Positions 1-8,727 of a DNA stretch of 64,000 bases are shown here, in pieces (the first letter of the stretch is position 1; each line of letters opens with the position of its first letter). The position numbers and the translations under genes are program-made. Origin of the DNA: a bacterium (lineage in GTDB: Bacteria > Verrucomicrobiota > Verrucomicrobiia > Limisphaerales > UBA11358); assembly GCA_021817945.1 (NCBI GenBank), contig JAKAFL010000005.1, positions 43,387 through 107,386 of the forward strand. Direction: 5' to 3'. The notes beneath the pieces are model-generated. The model was given only the letters and a program-made list of their open reading frames with translations, was not told the origin of the DNA and did no database searches.

Positions 1-1437
1 AGCCCCCAGGGCTTTGATGAGGTTTACGGCAGCCACCAGGCGGTCGCCTTTCAACTGCACGGCGGATTGTTCCACACTCAGGGCCTGGGTTTGTTCCGTC
101 TCCACGTCGAGGTAGGTAACAAGTCCAGCCCGATAGCGGTTATTTGCAATTTCCAGCGCTTTGTCAGCAGAGGTAACCGCCTCACCCACGGATTCCTGCT
201 CGTCTTCAAGCCAGTGTTGGGCGGCGAGTTGGTCGCAAACTTCTGCAAAGGCGTTGAGGACTGTGGATCTGTATTGGGCCAGGGCCTGGTCGTAGCCAGC
301 GTGGGCAGCGGCAAGATTGGCCCGATTCAATCCGCCCATGAAGAGGGGCAGTTGAACCGAGGGGCCCACCGACCAAAATTGATTGGGCCAATTGAACCAG
401 GAAGACGCTCCCAAAGATTGAAAACCAGCGAGGCCATCCAGCCTTAACGCTGGGAAAAAAGCGGCCTTGGCCACGCCGATCTGGGCATTGGCCGCCGCCA
501 TGCGCTGTTCCGCCGCTGCCACATCCGGCCTGTTCTCCAACAACTGACTTGGGACTCCCGGCGGTATGACCGGGACAGGGGGAAGGCCGGGTCCGGGACT
601 GGTGGTAAAATCATCCGGCCAGCGACCGCATAGCACCGCCAGCGCATGCAGGGTTTGGGCCAGTTTCAGACGGATTTCCGGCAGTTGGGCTTCGGCGGTG
701 TGCAGTTGTGTGGCTGCCTGCGCCACATCCAGGTCCGAGGCATTGCCACCTGTTCGCAAATCACGCGTCAGTGAATACGAAAGGAGATAGGACGCGATGG
801 TGTTCGTGATTAATTGGTATTGGGCCTGAAGTGTGCGGACTGTGAAATAATCATCTGCCACCTCGGCGTGGATTAAAAGTCGTGCGGACTCCAGGTCATC
901 CTGGCTGGCCACCTGACTGGCCTTGGCGGACTCCACCTCCCGCCTCACGCGCCCCCACAGGTCCAATTCCCAACCCATGTAAATAGGCGCCGTGAAGGTG
1001 TTGTAGGTATGCGGGGCTCCGGCGGGTCGTCCTAGAAGTGGAAGGCTGGAACTCGTTTGCTGGCGGGTGATGTCCCCGTCAGGAGTGCCGCCTGCCAAAA
1101 ACTGCGGGTAAAAGGTGGATCGTGCAGCAGCGGTCAAGTCGCAAGCCTGCTCAAAGGCGGCGGCGGCGGCGGCAAGGTCTTGATTGTTTGTTTGGGCCTG
1201 GTCCTCCAAGACATTGAGGTTGGTATCTCCAAAGAGCTTCCACCAAGGGCCATGAGACTGGCCCGTTGACGGCGCAGCCAACTGCCAGACTGCACCCTCC
1301 GTCATCACGGGGTTTTTGAACCGGTCCGGCAAAGTTTGAGCTGGGAGAGGATTGGCCCGGTGATAATCAGGCCCCACAGCACAGCCTGCCAGGAGAACGC
1401 TTCCCAGAAGACTTGTAATAATCCGGCTTGGGCTCAT
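1..1437 (-). CDS. RND efflux outer-membrane factor lipoprotein (NodT family), C-terminus cut by the window edge
   Basis: Absent from the ORF track because it runs off the window. My minus-strand translation from the ATG at 1437 reads MSPSRIITSLLGSVLLAGCAVGPDYHRANP... It has the lipobox LLAGC and a NodT-type GPDY motif. The frame stays open to base 1, ending ...GDRLVAAVNLIKALGA. ATGA start/stop overlap with the adaptor gene at 1434-1437. Confidence 0.85.
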   Translation of the reverse strand, partial: MSPSRIITSLLGSVLLAGCAVGPDYHRANPLPAQTLPDRFKNPVMTEGAVWQLAAPSTGQSHGPWWKLFGDTNLNVLEDQAQTNNQDLAAAAAAFEQACDLTAAARSTFYPQFLAGGTPDGDITRQQTSSSLPLLGRPAGAPHTYNTFTAPIYMGWELDLWGRVRREVESAKASQVASQDDLESARLLIHAEVADDYFTVRTLQAQYQLITNTIASYLLSYSLTRDLRTGGNASDLDVAQAATQLHTAEAQLPEIRLKLAQTLHALAVLCGRWPDDFTTSPGPGLPPVPVIPPGVPSQLLENRPDVAAAEQRMAAANAQIGVAKAAFFPALRLDGLAGFQSLGASSWFNWPNQFWSVGPSVQLPLFMGGLNRANLAAAHAGYDQALAQYRSTVLNAFAEVCDQLAAQHWLEDEQESVGEAVTSADKALEIANNRYRAGLVTYLDVETEQTQALSVEQSAVQLKGDRLVAAVNLIKALGA

Positions 1438-2603
1438 GGTGTGGAAGCCTTGCTGACGGAAGTTGCCACAGTGACATAATCACCATCCTCAATGGAGTCC
1501 GGTGGATCATTGATCACCCTCTGCCCGGGTTCCACGCCGCTGAGAACTTCGATCACATCGCCGTAATCCCGCCCCACCTTGACAGAATGGAGGCTCACCC
1601 GATCCTTGTCATCCACCACAGCCACCTGAAGGCCCTGCGCGCGATAGATCAAGGTGGTGTCTTCCAGTGTGTAAATCGGTGAGGCATTGACAAGGTCCTT
1701 GAACCGGATTTGAGCATAACTTCCGGCGAGAATTTCCCCTTTGGCATTATTTACCAGCAATTCCACCTGCAGGGTGCGGGAGGCGGGGTCCACAGCCCCG
1801 GCAGTGCGGGTGACCCTGGCCGTGAAAACGCGCCCGGGCATTTCTGTGAAGGTAAGCTCAGCCGTTTCACCTGGTTGGACGGCGTGGATGAGGGGTTGCG
1901 GCACATAAACATATACTCGGAGAGGGTCTAATTGCGCCAAGTCAAATAATTCCGGGCCGCTGTCGGCAGTGATGAGCTGGCCGATGTCCGTGTTGCGGCG
2001 TGTGATTTTGCCGGTGAAATTGGCGGTGACGGAATCGTAATCTTTCAACTGACGCAGCCGGTCCAGATTGGCTTTTGCGGCCTCCACGGCAGCCTGTTTC
2101 AGGGCGTAATCCGCAGTTTTTTCAGCGGTTTCCTGGTCGCTCACGCTGGCGGTTTTCTGGAGTTCCACCCAGCGATCGGCGGTGATTTTGGCCAGGGAAA
2201 GAGCCGCCTTTGCCTGGTCAAGGTCGGCTATGGCTTGGGAAATCTGCTGGTCCAATTCCGGAGTCTCAATTTCCGCGAGCAACTGGCCGTTGGTGACACA
2301 ATCTCCAATGTCCACCAACCAGTATTTCAAATAGCCGCTGGCGCGGGCATGGACTGCGGCCTCGATGAACGGTTCCACCTCGGCTGGGAGCGGGGTGCCC
2401 AGTTCTGGAGAACTCCGGCGCGGAATCACGACGGACACCACCGGCCGGTCTGAGGACTGCGCCTCCACGGCAAGCGCTCGGCGGGCTGCAAACCGGGGAA
2501 GGAATCCGATGCACAGCCCCACCACGACCAGAATGGCAATCAGCCATCCTGCGCGGCCCAGGCGGATGGGTGGGTTAACTTTTTGAGTTTCGCTTTTCAT
2601 CAC
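1434..2603 (-). CDS. RND efflux periplasmic adaptor (membrane fusion protein, HlyD/AcrA family)
   Basis: 389 aa. N-terminal TM anchor, a coiled-coil segment (DQQISQAIADLDQAKAALSLAK...) and a beta-barrel C-terminus typical of MFPs. 4-nt overlaps with both neighbouring genes. Confidence 0.85.
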   Translation of the reverse strand: MMKSETQKVNPPIRLGRAGWLIAILVVVGLCIGFLPRFAARRALAVEAQSSDRPVVSVVIPRRSSPELGTPLPAEVEPFIEAAVHARASGYLKYWLVDIGDCVTNGQLLAEIETPELDQQISQAIADLDQAKAALSLAKITADRWVELQKTASVSDQETAEKTADYALKQAAVEAAKANLDRLRQLKDYDSVTANFTGKITRRNTDIGQLITADSGPELFDLAQLDPLRVYVYVPQPLIHAVQPGETAELTFTEMPGRVFTARVTRTAGAVDPASRTLQVELLVNNAKGEILAGSYAQIRFKDLVNASPIYTLEDTTLIYRAQGLQVAVVDDKDRVSLHSVKVGRDYGDVIEVLSGVEPGQRVINDPPDSIEDGDYVTVATSVSKASTP

Positions 2604-5600
2604 GGAATAATCTCCTTTCGATCTCCTTGGGAATGGTGCCTATGCATAAAGCTGAACACCAATGGAACAAAAAACAGCGTTGCAAACGTCGCAAACATGA
2701 GGCCACCGATGACTGCGCGACCCAGCGGGGCATTTTGCTCCCCACCCTCACCCATTCCCAAGCTCATGGGGAGCATGCCAATCATCATGGCGAGGGCAGT
2801 CATGAGCACGGGGCGCAGGCGTCCCGTGCCCGCATCACGGGCTGATTGCACCGGATCATGGCTTCGGGCGAGGTTTTCACGCGCGAAACTGACCACCAGC
2901 ACTGAGTTGGCTGTGGCCACGCCCATGGTCATGATGGCTCCCATCAATGCCGGCACACTCAAAGTGGTCTGTGTCAGGAAAAGCCCCCAAATCACCCCGG
3001 CGAGAGCTCCGGGCAGCGCGGTGATGATGATGAAGGGATCCAGCCAGCTCTGAAAGTTCACCACCAGCAAGAAGTATATCAGGCTGATGGCACCAATCAA
3101 ACCCAGGCCCAATCCCATGTAACTTGTGTGCATGGTTTCCGCCTGGCCCCGCACCATGATGCTGCTGCCCCGGGGCAGCTCGCTTTTGGCCTTTTGCACC
3201 AGAGGACCCAGGTCATCCAGCACTCCGCCCAAGTCTCGTCCATCCACATTTCCATAAACGTCAATGACCGGCATCACGTTGTAGTGGGACACCACCGGAG
3301 GGACATTCACCCTGGTTACTGCGGCAAGATTATCAAGGATTTGACCACCTGTGCCAACCATGCCTTTGGCAGTAATGGGCATGGTGCGCAAATCAGCCAC
3401 TGAATCAATCGCATATTGGGGAACAAAGGTGTCAACGAGGTATTGAATGCCCACGTTGGAATCCAAATAATAGTTCGGAGTCACCTGGCTGCTTCCGCTC
3501 AGTCCCAGCAGCACGGAATTGGCCACGTCCAACTCGGTCAATCCCAAATCAGCCGCTTTGGACCGGTCAACGGAGATTTTTAACTGGGCCCAATTATCAG
3601 GTTGGTTAACCCGTACGTCCACCGCGCCTGGGATATGGGATATGGCCTTGGCTAGATTGATGGCAATGGCGTGGTTGGCTGTCTGGTTATGGCCCACCAA
3701 TTGGATGTCCAAAGGGGCGGGCAGGCCAAAGTTCAAGGTTTGGCTGACAATGTCCGCCGGCAAAAAATAAACCAGCGTGCCCGGAAGCTCCTTCCGGAGA
3801 ATGCTGCGCATGCGTCTTACGTAATCCTGGGTGGGATGATGACCCGGTTTGAGCTGTACCAGGATGTCCGCATCCTCGGGACCAATCACCCCGCTGGTGT
3901 TGTAGCTGAGCTGGATCGAGGAATTGGGTATGCCGATGTTGTCTAGAATTCCGCCAAGCTCATTTGCCGGCACCACGCGGTGAATCACCTGGTTGACTTC
4001 GCCTGTCAGCTTTTCCGTTTCCTCAATGCGTGTTCCGGTGTGGGCGCGAATATGGAGCAAAAACTGACCCGCATCCACAGTGGGGAAAAAATTCCTGCCC
4101 AATACGAGCGCCAGCAACCCTGAACCCAGGCAAAACCCCAGGAAAAGGATGACCACAATTCTCCGGTGGACAAAACATGAGTCAAGCAGGTCGGCGTAAA
4201 ATCCCCTGAACCGTGCAAATCCGTTTTCAAACATGTGCTGAAAACGCATAAACGGTTGCATGAACCCCGGAGCTTTATTTTCATCCATGTGCCCCCCATG
4301 AAGCTCCACCCCTTTGTAAAACCACATTACAAGGGTCGGCACGAGGGTTCTGGAGATGATATAGCTGGCTACCATGGCAAAAACCACGGCCTCAGCCAGG
4401 GGCACGAACAGGTATCGAGCCACACCGGTGAGAAAAAACATCGGCACAAAAACGATGCAGATGCACAAGGTGGAAACAAAAGCTGGCACGGCAATCTCGT
4501 GGGCTCCCTGAAGGATGGCTTCCTCCAAGCCCTCACCGGCTGCAAGGTGCAGATGGATGTTTTCAATGGCCACCGTGGCATCATCCACCAGGATACCCAC
4601 TGCCAACGCCAGCCCTCCAAGGGTCATCAGGTTGATGGTCTCGCCCAGCATGCTGAGGATGCCGATGGAGCATAGGACTGAAAGTGGAATGGAGATGGCG
4701 ATGATGATGGTGCTCCTCCACGAGCCAAGGAAGAGGAGAATCATGAGGGCGGTCAGTGATGCGGCAATGATGCCTTCGCGCAAAACTCCCCGGATGGCGG
4801 CACGCACAAAGAGGGATTGATCCGCAAATTCCTTCACCTGCAAATCCGAGGTGACAGTGGCCATGACCTTGGGCAGAACGGCCTTGATCCCGGCAACCAC
4901 ATCCAGTGTGGAGGCGCTGCCATCCTTCATGATGGTGAGCAGGGCTCCCCGCACTCCATCCTGGCGCACGGCGTTCTGTTGCGGGGTAAAACCATCATGA
5001 ACCTGAGCCACGTCAGAAACATAGAGTGTGGCTCCGTTCACCTTGCGAATGGGAAAATGATTGATCTCATCAATAATCCGGGGATTGGCATCCACGGCCA
5101 CGTCATATTCTGTCGAGCCAATCTTGGCGGTGCCGCTCGGGAGGACCAGGTTTTGGGCATTAATGGCATTGACCACATCCATCGGGACCAGGTTTTTGGA
5201 CTTCAAGGCGGCCAGGTTCAGGTCCACTTCCACCACGCGTTGCTTGCCGCCGTAGGGCCAGGGAATCATCGCGCCTGGAACGCTCGCCAAGCCAACCCGG
5301 ACCATGTTGGCTGTCACGTCAAACAACGCCTGCTCGGACATTTTTGGGCTGCTGAAGCTGTACTGCAAAATGGGCACCGTGCTGGCACTGTATTGGATGA
5401 TCAACGGGGGGGTAATCCCTGGTGGCATCTGTCGCAGGACGGTCTGGCACACCGCCGTAATCTGTGCCACGGCCGCCACCACCGAAGCCCCGGGTTGAAG
5501 ATACACCTTGATGACGGAAACACCGCTGTAGGTGGTGGATTCCACATGCTCAATGTTATTCACCGTCACGGTGAGGGCTCGCTCGTTGACAAAGGTGATG

Positions 5601-5785
5601 CGCTTCTCAAATTGATTCGCGTCCAGGCCGTTGTACAGCCAAATGATGCTCACGACCGGGATGTTGATGGATGGAAAGATATCCGTGGGGGTGCGCCACA
5701 GAATCAGAGGGGTCATCAAAACCAGCAGAAGCGCCGCCACCACAAAGGTGTATGGTCGTCTCAATGCCAGGCGCACAATCCACAT
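2600..5785 (-). CDS. RND efflux transporter permease (AcrB/HAE family)
   Basis: 1061 aa. N-terminus MWIVRLALRRPYTFVVAALLLVLMTPLILWRTPTDIFPSINIPVV... Twelve-TM, two-large-loop layout typical of AcrB-like pumps. Confidence 0.9.
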   Translation of the reverse strand: MWIVRLALRRPYTFVVAALLLVLMTPLILWRTPTDIFPSINIPVVSIIWLYNGLDANQFEKRITFVNERALTVTVNNIEHVESTTYSGVSVIKVYLQPGASVVAAVAQITAVCQTVLRQMPPGITPPLIIQYSASTVPILQYSFSSPKMSEQALFDVTANMVRVGLASVPGAMIPWPYGGKQRVVEVDLNLAALKSKNLVPMDVVNAINAQNLVLPSGTAKIGSTEYDVAVDANPRIIDEINHFPIRKVNGATLYVSDVAQVHDGFTPQQNAVRQDGVRGALLTIMKDGSASTLDVVAGIKAVLPKVMATVTSDLQVKEFADQSLFVRAAIRGVLREGIIAASLTALMILLFLGSWRSTIIIAISIPLSVLCSIGILSMLGETINLMTLGGLALAVGILVDDATVAIENIHLHLAAGEGLEEAILQGAHEIAVPAFVSTLCICIVFVPMFFLTGVARYLFVPLAEAVVFAMVASYIISRTLVPTLVMWFYKGVELHGGHMDENKAPGFMQPFMRFQHMFENGFARFRGFYADLLDSCFVHRRIVVILFLGFCLGSGLLALVLGRNFFPTVDAGQFLLHIRAHTGTRIEETEKLTGEVNQVIHRVVPANELGGILDNIGIPNSSIQLSYNTSGVIGPEDADILVQLKPGHHPTQDYVRRMRSILRKELPGTLVYFLPADIVSQTLNFGLPAPLDIQLVGHNQTANHAIAINLAKAISHIPGAVDVRVNQPDNWAQLKISVDRSKAADLGLTELDVANSVLLGLSGSSQVTPNYYLDSNVGIQYLVDTFVPQYAIDSVADLRTMPITAKGMVGTGGQILDNLAAVTRVNVPPVVSHYNVMPVIDVYGNVDGRDLGGVLDDLGPLVQKAKSELPRGSSIMVRGQAETMHTSYMGLGLGLIGAISLIYFLLVVNFQSWLDPFIIITALPGALAGVIWGLFLTQTTLSVPALMGAIMTMGVATANSVLVVSFARENLARSHDPVQSARDAGTGRLRPVLMTALAMMIGMLPMSLGMGEGGEQNAPLGRAVIGGLMFATFATLFFVPLVFSFMHRHHSQGDRKEIIP

Positions 5786-5818
5786 GATTTTTTCTTCTCC
5801 TGCAAGGACCCTCCGGGG

Positions 5819-6433
5819 TCAATGCCTTGGGTTTTTTTCAGGGTTTGCCTTGACCAGGGCAAACACCCCGGTCTCCAAATCTGCCAATACTTTCAAATCG
5901 TTGTATATCTTGGCGCGCAACAATAAACCAATGACATAGGCATGCACCAATTCGGCGGTTTTAACCGGGTCGGCCACCCATGCGTCCCCGCCATCCCGAG
6001 CGTCTTCTATGGCTTTGGCCAGATAACGCACATGCCTTTCCACCAGGTTCTGGGTGGTGCGTTGAATTTTTTTGTCCTGCGTGGCCAGCTCTCCTCCCAC
6101 GCTGGCATAAGGGCACCCGCAAACATGCCCGTATCGCCGGACTCTTTCCCGCTGGGTGGACCGCACATATTCACACCAGCGCGACAACCGCTCCAAAGGG
6201 GCTGCATCCAGCGCAAAAACCCTTTCGTAGTCCGGCTCCTTGATCCGCCACCGCTCCTCATAGGCTGCCACCACCAGCGCCGTCTTGGATTTGTAATAAT
6301 AATAAAAACTGCCCTTGTTCACGCGGGCCCGGGAACAAATCTGGTCCACACTCACCGAGCCATAACTATGGTCGTGAATGAGGTCAAAAGCCACCTCCAA
6401 AAGGCGTTTTCCCGCGTTGCTGGTTCTTCCCAT
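5819..6433 (-). CDS. TetR/AcrR family transcriptional regulator
   Basis: 204 aa. N-terminal TetR HTH (GSVSVDQICSRARVNKGSFYYYYKSKTAL). Lies 33 nt upstream of the pump gene on the same strand. Confidence 0.85.
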   Translation of the reverse strand: MGRTSNAGKRLLEVAFDLIHDHSYGSVSVDQICSRARVNKGSFYYYYKSKTALVVAAYEERWRIKEPDYERVFALDAAPLERLSRWCEYVRSTQRERVRRYGHVCGCPYASVGGELATQDKKIQRTTQNLVERHVRYLAKAIEDARDGGDAWVADPVKTAELVHAYVIGLLLRAKIYNDLKVLADLETGVFALVKANPEKNPRH

Positions 6434-6563
6434 GCCAATAATACTGGTTGCCGACCGCTGGCCAGCACGGGTGGAAGATTAACCTGGTTTATACGACCGG
6501 TCAACTATTTTTAATTCGCGCCCGGCTTTGGATTTGCGGCGACAAACACCGGCTTCAACTGCC

Positions 6564-8642
6564 TCACGGCTTGGAATAACGAAAAGCTGCCAAGGCCGCC
6601 CCTGCCCGCTCCGGATCGTTCAAGGCCAGCCAACCTCCCAGGATGCGCCTGGGTTCGGCGGCGGTCCATTCCAATGGGAACTGCGCGCGTCTGGCTGCCG
6701 CCATCAAGGAAAAGGTGGCGAACCCCTCCGACCGAAGCCGCGAGGACGTGATGATTTCCAACCGTCCAGAGATGCCCTGGGCGGCGTGGCGCATCAGTTC
6801 CAAGGTGAGACGCCCCATGGTATGGCGTGGATTGAATTCCACGACGGGCTTGATCCTGCAAAGACCATCCGCGCCTTTATAAACCAGCGCATCCACGCCA
6901 AACGGACCGATGTGGCCTGCCTTTTTCAAGTCCATTTCCAGGCGCTCAAAAAGTTTGGTGTACAGAGCCAAGCAGCGGGCGGCAAGGTCGGGTTTCTCCG
7001 GGAATGCGGCGAGAACGGAGGCCGGAATCTGGCGCGAATGACCCGGTGTGGCCGTATTGGCCACAAACTGTCCGCGCGCATTCGTGATCAGGCTGGTGTA
7101 ACCGCACAGGCGAAGGCCCTCTGGGGACATCTCGAGTTGCGCGGAAAAATCCGTCACACGATCAAGCCAGGGTTCCACCACCACGGCCTGCCCATGGCAA
7201 AGCTGTCGCTTAAGCCACTGGATCTGGGTGGGAGTGGGTTGCGGTTCAAATAGTCGAATGGTGTTGGAACCCGCAGCCCCAAAATCAGCTTTGATGACCA
7301 CGCGGTGATGGTGGCCCGCGCGAATGTGGGCTACGGCTTGAAGGGCCTCATCCACCGTGGAGCAGGTTTGTCCCGCCACCTCTGTGGTGCAAAGCCATGG
7401 CTCTGGATTTTCAATTTCTCCAAGAAACGACCGCAACCAGCGAGCGCTCCACGTTTTCGAATAGAGTTCCGCAATTCCGGGATGGAAGCTTTGTTCAGGT
7501 GTCCTGGTTTCAGTGGCAAGCTGCTTCATAAGGGGAGTCAGGAGTGCCACGCTGTCCGGCGCCCATGCCCATGGCCGCAACCGCCCCAGTTTGCGGATGG
7601 TGAGATGGGCCAGCTTGGACCGCGGCACAAATTCAGGTAGTGGCAGGCCTGCTGCCTGAATGCTGACCCGGAAGGCCACCGAAGGCGGCGATTCCACCAG
7701 AACGATGTCATCCTGTCGGCACAAAAATTGTGGCAGGGTTTCCAAATCCAAAGCCAATTGGGCGAGTATGTGCGGCGGTTGGTGACCGGGACCATGTGCG
7801 ATGAAAGCCTCAGCCAAGGGATTGAACCAGAAGACATTTGGGGTGCGACCTTTCGACTGGGAATAAACATTGAGATTGGCAATGAAGGTTTCGTCCAGGC
7901 CTGCCGCGCGGCGGCCCTCCATGTTCAGTGTCAGTCCCTTGGCCCTTTGGGGCGAAAGCGGGAACTTGAGTTGCCTGCAAAAGGCGTCCCAATCGCTTTC
8001 ACCCGGGTTTTTCCATTTTCGAAACCAGCGCAGTCCGTAAGCCACATGGGCGATTTCATCCTGGTAAATGCCATGGAGCAGGTTCGCGGTGGCGAGGTCT
8101 CCCACGCGTGCAAATGCAGTGGAATAGTGCCGCGCAAAATCCAGGTTGGCTTGTTCAAAGGTGAGGCTCAGGCTGGTGACGTAGTCGAGGGGATTGGCCA
8201 TGGGCGAAACCATGCGCCAGAAATAACCGCTCAGTGGCAGTGCGCCGAAATGAATTCCACAGTCCCGCATCCGTTCAATATAGAGGCGTGTATGGGCCTG
8301 TTCATCCTGCAGTGTGCGGAGCACGCCCAGGCGAAAGGCCGGCGGGGCATCTGGAAACTTTAAAAGGACGAGGGCCATCAACTCGGTGGCCAGCAGTTCA
8401 TGGTTGGCAAAAAAGTGCAACAATTTTCCACGGTGCTCCTCCTTTTCAAGGTGGGCAACACCGGGAAAAGAATCACGCCCTTCCCCGATTTTTTTAAAAC
8501 GCAGGTCCGGCGGGCGCCCAGGCAGGTCCGGGGTGGTAACAGCAGGTCCGGGGTTCAGGTCTGTGATGGGTCCTGGAGACTGGAGCTTATGCTCCAGGGT
8601 GGTTCCAAACAATACCTGCGCCGCAAATTCCCTCAATTCCAT
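6564..8642 (-). CDS. Fusion protein: N-terminal DUF455 (ferritin-like, putative di-iron) domain plus C-terminal ATP-grasp-like domain
   Basis: 692 aa. The N-terminal half has ferritin-like E/H-rich helices (FFANHELLATELMAL..., LQDEQAHTRLY, TFEQANLDFARHY, YQDEIAHVAYGLRWF), as I remember for DUF455. The C-terminal half has ATP-grasp-like strands (RVVIKADFGAAGSNTIRLFE; VVEFNPRHTMG). The ORF itself is certain. The domain calls come from motif memory only. Confidence 0.55.
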   Translation of the reverse strand: MELREFAAQVLFGTTLEHKLQSPGPITDLNPGPAVTTPDLPGRPPDLRFKKIGEGRDSFPGVAHLEKEEHRGKLLHFFANHELLATELMALVLLKFPDAPPAFRLGVLRTLQDEQAHTRLYIERMRDCGIHFGALPLSGYFWRMVSPMANPLDYVTSLSLTFEQANLDFARHYSTAFARVGDLATANLLHGIYQDEIAHVAYGLRWFRKWKNPGESDWDAFCRQLKFPLSPQRAKGLTLNMEGRRAAGLDETFIANLNVYSQSKGRTPNVFWFNPLAEAFIAHGPGHQPPHILAQLALDLETLPQFLCRQDDIVLVESPPSVAFRVSIQAAGLPLPEFVPRSKLAHLTIRKLGRLRPWAWAPDSVALLTPLMKQLATETRTPEQSFHPGIAELYSKTWSARWLRSFLGEIENPEPWLCTTEVAGQTCSTVDEALQAVAHIRAGHHHRVVIKADFGAAGSNTIRLFEPQPTPTQIQWLKRQLCHGQAVVVEPWLDRVTDFSAQLEMSPEGLRLCGYTSLITNARGQFVANTATPGHSRQIPASVLAAFPEKPDLAARCLALYTKLFERLEMDLKKAGHIGPFGVDALVYKGADGLCRIKPVVEFNPRHTMGRLTLELMRHAAQGISGRLEIITSSRLRSEGFATFSLMAAARRAQFPLEWTAAEPRRILGGWLALNDPERAGAALAAFRYSKP

Positions 8643-8727
8643 GAAGGCCCAGAATGAGCTTGCCCATCCTGATCGTCAATGGCGTTTGCCCCGCCAAGCC
8701 AGTGGACTCGAAAGAAAAGAACGGGGT

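Noticed and set aside
4817-5926. 369-aa plus-strand ORF
   Set aside because: It lies entirely antisense to the well-supported RND permease gene. Its composition is Gly/His/Arg-rich junk typical of shadow frames in GC-rich coding DNA.
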